Both the position numbers and the translations under genes were made by a program. From Ostreococcus lucimarinus (lineage: Eukaryota): a stretch of DNA of 64,000 nt. The notes below the pieces were generated by a model that was not told the origin of the DNA, did no database searches, and saw only the letters and a list, made by a program, of their open reading frames with translations. Positions 10,704 to 18,828 of this stretch are shown here, piece by piece; position 1 is the first letter of the stretch; each line of letters opens with the position of its first letter. The DNA lies in assembly GCA_000092065.1 (NCBI GenBank), contig CP000594.1, one strand, 5' to 3'.

Positions 10704-12413
10704 ATGTCGAGCGACGACGCGTTCGAGGACGCGTTGGACGACGCGCGCGACGACGCAGACGACGCCTCGAGCGACGACGCGCGATCGGACGCGTTCGAGG
10801 ACGCGCTCGGCGCGCACGCGGCGCGATTTCCGTTGCACCGCGCGGCGTTCGAGAACGACGTCGACGCGGTGCGAGCGCTGCTGGCGCGCGACGACGTCGA
10901 CGCGAACGCGCGCGACGACGCCGGGCACTGCGCGTTGCACGTCGCGGCGCTGAGGCGCGCGGTGGGGGCGACGCGGGCGCTGGCGGCGAGCGCGCGGGTG
11001 GCGACGGAGGCGCGAGACGCGAGGGGCTGGACGGCGACGCGGTTGGCGACGGATCGAAGGGCGCGCGCGTGCGTCAGAGCGCTCGTGGAGGCGAACAGAG
11101 CGAGAGAAAAGAGGTTGGCGCGAGAGATTCGACCGGAGATGGCGCGGGCGGTGGAGGGCGTGGGGGATTTTGAGACGCGCGCGGCGTGGCGGTTCGGTTC
11201 GCGAGTGTTGGCGCCTTTGATTAAGATGGTGGCGCCCAGAGACGCGTACGCGGTGACGTGCGTGGGGAAAAAGCTGAGAATCGACGGCGAGTTGAGAGGG
11301 ATCGATTCCGAGGCGTTGGTGCGGTCGATGATGCCGAAATGGCGACGAGGGAAGTTTAGCTTGATTTACGACGGCGACGCGGGCGAACGCGCGGCGCTTT
11401 GGTTCGTCGATCACGAATCGCGAGAGGTGGTGAACGCGATGGAAAAACCCACGAGACGGGACGGCGATGATGCCGACGCGGCGTCGACGAGCGATGCGCC
11501 GCCGCTCACGGAGGAGGAGATGATTGACGCGATCACGGACGCGTTGCTCGCCGAGGGTGCGGCGAAGAAGAAGGTGCGAACGGAGGGTTTCAAATTCGCA
11601 CCGGTGAAAGGATGGATCGCGGGAAAAGCCAGCGCGTGGATTGGAGGACGCAAGGCGGAAATTTGGGAGGCGACAGCGAAGCTGGCGCGCGAGACTGTGG
11701 CGCCGGGAGGGGGATTTAAACTCGACGGTTCGTTTGAGGAGTACGTGGAGAGCGCGAACGACGCGCGAGAAAACGTCGTCACGCGCGCACCTTTGGGCGA
11801 GTCTTCGAAAGATAAATCCGGGTTAAACATCGATGATAGTAAGGACATGCCACAGCGTCTTCGTAAGATGTCGGCGCGATGTTGGCTCGTGCGCGACTTC
11901 CCTTTAAAGGCGAGTCAGGCGTCGCAGATTTTGGACGTCTTGGAGCGTGCGAATAAAAACGCCGCGCACGTGAACCGCGTGGTGAAGTATTGGTGCTCAA
12001 ACCACGAAAACATGTTTCCGGTGAAGATCCAAGTCCCGCTTATGCTCACGATTTACGCCCAAGTGCAATTTAAAGATTTCAAAGCGCTCGACAAGCGCGC
12101 TCGGGAAGCCAAGTTGCGAGACGGCTTCTTCGAAATTCCGTCGGATTATCGCGTGAAATCTGTGGATGAGATGCTCGCTGAAGTGGAAGAGCGCGCAAAT
12201 CGTGACATGGAACGCATCGAGGCGCTGGATGAGTCGCTGGACGTCGATAACGAGACGGAAGAAATTCGACAGTTGCGCGTCGAACTAGAACGCCTGGCGA
12301 AAAACACGTCGGGCGAAGACGAAGGCGACGATGAATACGAGTTTGACGACGACGACGACGACGAAGACGAAGACGACGAAAACTTAGATGCCGATAGAAT
12401 GAATGTACGCTAG
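10704..12413 (+). CDS. Ankyrin repeat domain 13 (ANKRD13)-like protein: N-terminal ankyrin repeats, GPCR-chaperone domain, acidic C-terminal tail.
   Basis: ATG 10704. FPLHRAAFENDVDAVRALLAR...GHCALHVAAL (ankyrin). CWLVRDFPLKASQASQILDVLERANKNAAHVNRV...FPVKIQVPLMLTIYAQVQF matches the ANKRD13 conserved core (FPLSL...FPVKIEIPLFHV). The upstream part of ORF 9987.. is antisense to ATP12. Confidence 0.8.
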   Translation: MSSDDAFEDALDDARDDADDASSDDARSDAFEDALGAHAARFPLHRAAFENDVDAVRALLARDDVDANARDDAGHCALHVAALRRAVGATRALAASARVATEARDARGWTATRLATDRRARACVRALVEANRAREKRLAREIRPEMARAVEGVGDFETRAAWRFGSRVLAPLIKMVAPRDAYAVTCVGKKLRIDGELRGIDSEALVRSMMPKWRRGKFSLIYDGDAGERAALWFVDHESREVVNAMEKPTRRDGDDADAASTSDAPPLTEEEMIDAITDALLAEGAAKKKVRTEGFKFAPVKGWIAGKASAWIGGRKAEIWEATAKLARETVAPGGGFKLDGSFEEYVESANDARENVVTRAPLGESSKDKSGLNIDDSKDMPQRLRKMSARCWLVRDFPLKASQASQILDVLERANKNAAHVNRVVKYWCSNHENMFPVKIQVPLMLTIYAQVQFKDFKALDKRAREAKLRDGFFEIPSDYRVKSVDEMLAEVEERANRDMERIEALDESLDVDNETEEIRQLRVELERLAKNTSGEDEGDDEYEFDDDDDDEDEDDENLDADRMNVR

Positions 12414-12457
12414 AACTGTATAATTACACCTTACAACACGAGACGCATCACATCACG

Positions 12458-13159
12458 CTACCCGTTCGCGGCTTTGACGAGTTTCGCCTCGCCGTACGAT
12501 CCGTCAAAGTATCTCTCCAACAGAATGGCCGCGCTCGCCGAATCCAGCGCCCCGTTCTCGTTCGACCCCCCACTCGTCGCGATGCGTTCCGACGCTTCCT
12601 TACTCGTCCTAGACTCGTCGTACGTGTACACCACCAAAGCCTTCGTCTCGGCGTTCGTCGAACGCGCGCACGCGTCCGCCACCTCTCCCGCGAATCGAGC
12701 GCACACCGCGTGCATTTGCACCGCCCCTCTCCCGCGTCCGCGACGATCTTTCGCCGCCCTCCCCGGTGGCACCGGAATTCCAACCACGATTCTATCGCAG
12801 CATTCCTCCAGCGCGACGTCTAAGATGGCTCTGACCGTGCTCGTCGTCGTCGCCGTCCCGCTGTGCGTCAGCGTTCGCAGCGGCCGCGGCGCCGCGCCAC
12901 CGTTCGACACCGCCAGACCGACCCTGCGCGCGCCGTAATCCACCCCGAGCGCGATGACATCACCGCGCGCGCGTCTCGCCGCGCGTAACTCATCCTCGAG
13001 CGACGACGACGACGTTTGCGCGTCCGTGAAGGGCGCGCGGCGTTGAGAAAACCACGACGGGGACATCGCGCGCGCGACGCCTCTGTCGACGCCGTGGCGA
13101 CGCGCGCGCGACGAGGACGACGGTACGAGCGCGCGCGAGCCGTTCGCCGCGCGAAACAT
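12458..13159 (-). CDS. YqgF/RuvC-like (RNase H fold) putative pre-16S rRNA nuclease / Holliday-junction resolvase-like protein, probably organelle-targeted.
   Basis: ATG at 13159. LGVDYGARRVGLAVSN is the YqgF signature (G.D.G.+R.G.A.SD). Size and composition are consistent. Confidence 0.75.
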   Translation of the reverse strand: MFRAANGSRALVPSSSSRARRHGVDRGVARAMSPSWFSQRRAPFTDAQTSSSSLEDELRAARRARGDVIALGVDYGARRVGLAVSNGGAAPRPLRTLTHSGTATTTSTVRAILDVALEECCDRIVVGIPVPPGRAAKDRRGRGRGAVQMHAVCARFAGEVADACARSTNAETKALVVYTYDESRTSKEASERIATSGGSNENGALDSASAAILLERYFDGSYGEAKLVKAANG

Positions 13160-13309
13160 GGTTCGCGCGGTGATGCGCGGCGCGCGGGCGAGTGGCGCGT
13201 CGAGCGGCGGCGGCGAGAGGAATCGAGTGGAAGCGTACGCTCGCGACGAACGACCGCGGTGAATGAGGTGTGCTATTGAAATGAATAGAATCTAATGGCG
13301 CGGCGACGC

Positions 13310-15106
13310 TCACGCGCTGGAGGCGAAGAGTTGCGAAAACACGCGCTCTGCCCACGCCGGAATTTCCACGTCGTTTGCCTGCGTAAAGTTCACGAGCGGT
13401 TCCTGGACGTGATAACGAATCTTTCGACCCTTGCTCGCCTTGCGATCGACGTTTTTGCGACGTTTGATTTGTTTGGAGACGACGGAAGGTCCACCGGCGA
13501 CGCCGGCGTCGTTGCCGCTCTCGAGGAACTCTTTGAGGAGTTGCTCGTAAAAGTCGACGTCGTCGTAAAGCTCCGACTCGCGAGCCTCACCTTCGTCCAA
13601 GCCATCGACGTTGACGGTTTCGGCTTTGTTCTCGTCGTCATCGTCGGCTTCTTCGCTCCGCACGGCGGCGCGTCGCTCACCGACGCGAATCGGCGCGCTG
13701 CGCTTCGGCGGCTGCGACTTTTCAATCAAACGCGCGGGCGCGCGCATGGTGGACGATACTTGCTGAGAGATGGACTGGTTGAACGCCTTCAGACCGCCGC
13801 CCGCGCCTCCGCCGACCGCTTTACCCACGGAGACGGCGGATTTTCTGTACCATCGATCGCACGTCGAGTCGCGGTAGTTTGCGAACGCTCTGTATCCGGC
13901 GTCGTGCTTCGTCCACGCGTCGTCCAAGTCGTCGTCCACACCAATCACCGTAGCGTCCGCGCCGAGATTTGAGGTCGAGGCTATGTCGGCTATGTTCGCC
14001 ATCAACGCAGTTTGAAGCGCAGAGAGCGTTCGCATGGTCTTCCGTGCGACTTTGGATAACGTCTCGAACGATTCGCGCGTCTCGGGCGACGCGCGTTTCA
14101 GTCCTCGGCACGCCAACGCCGTCGGTAACTTGGCGGCTCCGGTCATGACTTTCTGCAAACGAATTCTCGCGTGTAGCGCACGCTCCCAAACCGTTCGTTG
14201 CGCGCGAACCGCCTTACCTTTCGAGACGTGCTGCGCCTTGGTGTCGACGAGCTTCTTCGTTTGTTCCTCCTCCTCGCGAAACGCTTGAAGCTCTCGAGCG
14301 AGATCTGCGTCGCCTTCCGTGGCGGCGCCCAACAAATCTCTCGCCCGCGCGCCCTGCGCGTCGAACTCATCGCTCTGATCCTCGTCGTCCTCGTCCTCGT
14401 CGTCCTCGTCGCCGCCGTTCCTTCGTCCGGATCCCGTCGCCGCGGCGTCTTCGTCGTACCCTTCGTACGCGTCGTCGTCCTCATCCGCGTACGGATCCTC
14501 ATCGCTCGCGTCCCCATCCTCCTCCGCACTTTCCTCGTCGTCGTCCCCGTCGTCCCCGTCGTCGTCGTCGCTCTCGTCCTCATCCGTCTCGCGCGCCGCC
14601 TCCGGTTCGTCCCGCGCGAAGTCCCGCCTCGACGCGCTTCGTCCCGCGTACTCCTCCCCCTCCATCTCGATCGGTCCTCGCATCCGCAACCGTCCGTCGT
14701 TCCCCCCCCCCGCGCGCACCGCGCGCTTTCCTCGCTCCCTCCCTCGCCTCGCCGCGCGTCCGCTCTCGCGATCGTCGCTCGAATCGTCGCCGAACCCGTC
14801 GCCCGCGTCGCGTCCCGCGTCGTCGTCCCACCCATCCTCGCTCCCGCTCTCGTCCTCGTCCAGCGCGCCCTCGATCGCGCGCAGCGCCTCGAACGCGCGT
14901 TTGCGCGCCTCTACCCCGCCCTCTGGCTCGAGCGCGCGCGCGCGCGCGTCGTCGTCGTCGTCGTCGCGCGTCGTCGCGCCGCCGCCGGCGTCCCCACCGC
15001 GCGTCGTCGCGCCGCGCGCGATCGCGTCCAGCCGCGCCATCGCGTCCGCGCGCGAGGGCGTGGACGAGGGCGACGCTTTCGCGCGTCTCCGCGGCGTCGC
15101 GCCCAT
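13310..15106 (-). CDS. AATF: AATF/Che-1/Bfr2 family nucleolar protein (AATF domain plus TRAUB domain), very acidic N-terminal half.
   Basis: ATG at 15106 (MGATPRR). The ORF-track start 15190 is a GTG. WERALHARIRLQK..., the C-terminal YDDVDFYEQLLKEFLE and PAWAERVFSQLF match AATF-Che1 and TRAUB domains. Confidence 0.8.
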   Translation of the reverse strand: MGATPRRRAKASPSSTPSRADAMARLDAIARGATTRGGDAGGGATTRDDDDDDARARALEPEGGVEARKRAFEALRAIEGALDEDESGSEDGWDDDAGRDAGDGFGDDSSDDRESGRAARRGRERGKRAVRAGGGNDGRLRMRGPIEMEGEEYAGRSASRRDFARDEPEAARETDEDESDDDDGDDGDDDEESAEEDGDASDEDPYADEDDDAYEGYDEDAAATGSGRRNGGDEDDEDEDDEDQSDEFDAQGARARDLLGAATEGDADLARELQAFREEEEQTKKLVDTKAQHVSKGKAVRAQRTVWERALHARIRLQKVMTGAAKLPTALACRGLKRASPETRESFETLSKVARKTMRTLSALQTALMANIADIASTSNLGADATVIGVDDDLDDAWTKHDAGYRAFANYRDSTCDRWYRKSAVSVGKAVGGGAGGGLKAFNQSISQQVSSTMRAPARLIEKSQPPKRSAPIRVGERRAAVRSEEADDDDENKAETVNVDGLDEGEARESELYDDVDFYEQLLKEFLESGNDAGVAGGPSVVSKQIKRRKNVDRKASKGRKIRYHVQEPLVNFTQANDVEIPAWAERVFSQLFASSA

Positions 15107-15171
15107 GCCGGGCGTCGCGACGGCGCGTGACGCGCGATGGGGACGACGCCGACGGCGGACGCGCGTCGTGT

Positions 15172-15342
15172 ATAAAAACCCGTCTCGCACTGCGCACCAT
15201 ACGTGATATCAACAAAACCCGTCTCGCACTGCGCACCATACGACGCGAGCAGTGATATGAAAACCCGTCTCGCACTGCGCACCATACGACGCGCGCAGTG
15301 ATATCAACAAAACCCATCTCGCACTGCGCACCATACGACGCT
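15172..15342. repeat. Four tandem copies of a ~47-bp unit with core AAAACCCGTCTCGCACTGCGCACCATACG, preceded by TGTATAAAAAC, in the divergent AATF/psaD promoter.
   Basis: Copies start near 15175, 15215, 15258 and 15311. They read tgatatcaacaaaaccc(g/a)tctcgcactgcgcaccatacgacgcg(a/c)gcag, with few substitutions. Confidence 0.85.
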
Positions 15343-15462
15343 ACCGCGGCGTATCTCGCGCGCCGCGCGTATCGCGAGCGATCGCGCGCGGCCGACGCGG
15401 GCGCGGCACACGCGCGCGCCCGACGCCCGCGCCCCCGAACTTCGCGGACGCGACACACGACG

Positions 15463-16527
15463 ATGTTTGCCATCTCCAGCTCCGCGCTGACGCCGCGCGC
15501 GACGGTCGCGAACGCGACGCGCACGCGACGATCGACGACCGCGCGACGATCGACGGCGATCCGCGCCGAGGCGGAGGGCGCGAAGGCGGCGCCGGCGGCG
15601 CCGAAGGCGTGGACGGCGCCGAAGTTGAACCCGAACACGCCGTCGCCGATTTTCGGTGGTTCCACCGGCGGTCTGTTGAGAAAGGCGCAGGTGCGCGAGC
15701 GACGAGGGAGCGGCGAACGCGCGCGACGATCGAGGCGCGGGCGGGATACGCGACGAACCTAGGGGTGATGATTGGGGCGATTGGGGCGCCGGCGAACGGA
15801 GGGGGGGGGGCGAACGATGCGCGAACGATGCGTCGAGTTTCTTTGCGGCGCGGGCGCGCGGGCGATCGGGGGGGGGTCGAACGCGCGCGACGACGCGCGC
15901 GCAATCGCGCGATCGGGCGCGGTGGGATGGGAACGTTTGGCGCGAGGCGCGCGGGGGGGATTTCAAAGACGACGACGACGCGAGACTGACGGATGCGATG
16001 ATGCGTTTGACGCGTGTAGGTTGAGGAGTTCTACGTGCTGACGTGGGAAGCGAAGAAGGAAGCCATCTTCGAGATGCCGGTGCGTGGACGAGGCGAGCGC
16101 GAAGGCGCGCGCGCGCGAAGATATCGCGCGCTTTGAAACGACGCGACGACGAAGAGGCAAAGATTGGGGATGCGCGACGCGATCGTGGACGCGAAACAGC
16201 GACTGACGTGATGAAACGTGTATTTTGCATCCGCAGACCGGTGGTGCCGCGATCATGCGCAAGGGCCCGAACCTGTTGAAGCTCGCGCGCAAGGAGCAAT
16301 GCCTCGCGCTTTTGAACAACTTCCGCGCGAAGATGAAGCTCGACGGCTGCATCTACCGCGTGTTCCCGTCCGGTGAGGTGCAATACTTGCACCCGAAGGA
16401 TGGTGTGTACCCGGAGAAGGTGAACAAGGGTCGCGTCGGTGCCAACCAGAACATGCGATCGATCGGCAAGAACACCAACCCGGCGTCGATCAAGTTCCAA
16501 GGCAAGCTCGGCCCGTTCGAAGTTTAG
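15463..16527 (+). CDS. psaD: Photosystem I reaction centre subunit II (PsaD) precursor. Three exons: 15463..15690, 16014..16073, 16237..16527.
   Basis: Spliced product is MFAISSS...(transit peptide)...[15 protein letters not shown]|[20 protein letters not shown]|[25 protein letters not shown]...[18 protein letters not shown]...[10 protein letters not shown], near-identical to plant/algal PsaD. Introns are 15691..16013 (GTGCGC...GACTGAC...TAG) and 16074..16236 (GTGCGT...GACTGAC...CAG). Confidence 0.9.
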
Positions 16528-16977
16528 ACAGACGGCTCGCGCTCGCCGCGCACCGAGGGTTCGGTCGTCGTCGTCGAGTCGCCGCTCGAGTCAGATGTCC
16601 GTCGATGTGTTTCACTCTTCGCGATGCGAAGTCAACGCGAGATGGCGCTCGTTTGAATTATTAGAATTCTTCGACGTCCCTCGCGCTTTGCGTCGCGTCG
16701 AGCGCGCTTCGACGTTCGCGGCGTCTGATTTCTTCGCGCGGCGTCGCTCGACGCTTCGATCTCACCCTCTGCGCGCGATCGTGATGTAAATCACGCCTCC
16801 TAGCCAAACTAATTGCAGTAACACACAGATTTTCACTGTTCATCCGCGCGCGCGCGTTCGCCCGCCCGCGCGCGATCGCCGGTCGCCGGTCGAGATCTTC
16901 GCCGCGATGACGCTGGCTGCGCGCCGTGGAATGACGCACATCGTATTTTAGAGCCATTATATATGCAAGATACGTTT

Positions 16978-16988
16978 TTAGGGTTTAC
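16978..16988. promoter_or_regulatory. Telo-box-like interstitial telomeric motif TTTAGGGTTTA, followed by TATAAT, ~210 bp upstream of the CHL27 ATG.
   Basis: The sequence is acgtttttagggtttacctataatttcgcg at 16973-17002. It matches 1.5 units of the terminal TTTAGGG repeat. Confidence 0.3.
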
Positions 16989-17199
16989 CTATAATTTCGC
17001 GCGATCGGATCTTATCTGAGAAAATCTATACTGTTTGCGCATACGACGCGGACGCCCTCGGGACGACCCGCATCGGATAAGCGCCGACGATCGTCACAGC
17101 ACGCCTCGCGTTCGCCGCTCCGTCCGCTCGCGACGCCGTGACGAAAGCAGACGCACGTAACACTTTGCGCACGCACCACCGCACGCCTCGACGAGCGAC

Positions 17200-18426
17200 A
17201 TGCACGCGTTCACCATGCGCGCGAGCGCGATGAAGACGCCGGTGGCGAAGATGACGTCGAGATCGCGATCGGCGACGCGACGCCAAGGCGCCGTGGTCGT
17301 CCGCGCGGCCGCGGCGACGGACGCGGAGACTGGGATCAAGAAGATGCGCGAGGGTATCAAGGAGGCGGCGAACGAAAACTTGTTGACGCCGCGATTTTAC
17401 ACGACGGATTTCGACGAGATGGAGCGCCTGTTCAGCACGGAGATCAACCCGAACTTGGACGAGACGGAGATTAACGCCATCTTGAACGAGTTCCGCGAGG
17501 ATTTCAACCAGAAGCACTTCGTGCGCAACGATGAGTTCAAGGCGGCGGCGGATCAGATCAAGGGTGAGCCGCGCAGAATTTTCATCGAGTTTTTGGAGCG
17601 CTCGTGCACGGCGGAGTTTAGCGGGTTTTTGTTGTACAAGGAACTCGGCCGCAGATTGAAGAAGACGGCCCCGGCGGTGGCGGAGATCTTCACGTTGATG
17701 TCCCGCGACGAGGCGCGTCACGCTGGGTTCTTGAACAAGGCGATGAGCGATTTCAACTTGGCGCTCGACCTCGGGTTTTTGACCAAGAACCGCCAATACA
17801 CGTTTTTCCAGCCGAAGTTCATCATGTACGCCACGTACTTGAGCGAAAAGATTGGCTACTGGCGTTACATCTCCATCTACCGCCACTTGCAAGCGAATCC
17901 GGACGAGCAATTGTACCCGTTGTTCAAGTACTTTGAGAACTGGTGCCAAGACGAAAACCGTCACGGCGACTTCTTCTCGGCGATTTTGAAGGCGCGCCCG
18001 GAGTTGATCAACACCACCGAAGCGAAGCTCTGGTCTCGATTCTTCTGCTTGTCCGTGTACGTCACCATGTACTTGAACGATCACGGCCGCAGTGAGTTCT
18101 ACGAATCGCTCGGTTTGGACACGACGCAATTCAACATGCACGTCATTCACCAAACCAACAAGACGACGGCGACGATTTTCCCGCAAGTCATCGACACCTA
18201 CAACCCGGAGTTCAAGGCGCGTCTCGACAAGCTCGTCGGCGTGAACACCCAACTCCAAGCCATCGGTAAGGGTGAAGGTTCGGAAATCATGAAGAACTTG
18301 CAAAAGGCGCCGCTCATCGCCACCTTCGCGGGTGAGTTGATCGGTTTGTTGGCCATGGCTCCGGTCGACGCCGGTTCCATCGACTTGACCGGCGTTCCGG
18401 AATCCGACCCGTCCTTCATGTACTAA
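17200..18426 (+). CDS. CHL27: Mg-protoporphyrin IX monomethyl ester (oxidative) cyclase (CHL27/CRD1/AcsF), plastid precursor.
   Basis: ATG 17200. [14 protein letters not shown]...[17 protein letters not shown]...[16 protein letters not shown]...ENRHGDFF shows the di-iron carboxylate motifs of AcsF. Full-length single exon. Confidence 0.95.
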   Translation: MHAFTMRASAMKTPVAKMTSRSRSATRRQGAVVVRAAAATDAETGIKKMREGIKEAANENLLTPRFYTTDFDEMERLFSTEINPNLDETEINAILNEFREDFNQKHFVRNDEFKAAADQIKGEPRRIFIEFLERSCTAEFSGFLLYKELGRRLKKTAPAVAEIFTLMSRDEARHAGFLNKAMSDFNLALDLGFLTKNRQYTFFQPKFIMYATYLSEKIGYWRYISIYRHLQANPDEQLYPLFKYFENWCQDENRHGDFFSAILKARPELINTTEAKLWSRFFCLSVYVTMYLNDHGRSEFYESLGLDTTQFNMHVIHQTNKTTATIFPQVIDTYNPEFKARLDKLVGVNTQLQAIGKGEGSEIMKNLQKAPLIATFAGELIGLLAMAPVDAGSIDLTGVPESDPSFMY

Positions 18427-18828
18427 GCGACAGTCACAGACGGCGACGAGGAGGACACACCAGCAACCATTTTAGCGCAACACACATCCACAAAAACGTG
18501 ATTTTATCGTCACATCTTTTCAAGATTCTTAAAGTCTTCGGCGCCGTTCGCGCCGCCGGCGAACGATATCGCGAAACGAGCCAACACGCTTGGTATTTCC
18601 ACTTTATTGTATTGGCGCGTAGTCTCGCTTTATAATATTACACAAGATTCGAAATGTTTATCCTCCTCGCGCACTCGATCGCGTCGCGCGTTCGATTCCG
18701 CGCGTTCGACGTCCGCGCGTTCGACGTCTGCGCGCCGCGCCTCCCCGTCTCGTCCTCATTCCACCGCGCGTCCGCGCATCCGCGCGTCTGCGCGCCGCCC
18801 GCGTCCGCGCGCGCTCAACGAACGTACC

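Noticed and set aside
13295-13972. 225-aa plus-strand ORF
   Set aside because: Antisense to the AATF/Bfr2 gene.
15172-15342. Possible CRISPR-like array (direct repeats with spacers)
   Set aside because: Eukaryotic context (telomere, spliceosomal introns, nuclear-type genes). Only four copies, with near-identical 'spacers', i.e. a simple tandem duplication rather than repeat plus unique spacers. No cas genes.
14198-15665. ORFs 14198..15130 (+), 14580..15665 (-), 14911..15285 (-), 15304..16500 (-), 15341..15904 (-)
   Set aside because: Arg/Ala/Gly low-complexity frames over the acidic tract of AATF, the tandem promoter repeat and the psaD introns. The repeated YGAQCETGF peptide is simply the 47-bp tandem repeat translated.
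17026-18303. 425-aa minus-strand ORF
   Set aside because: Antisense to CHL27, one of the most confidently identified genes in the window.
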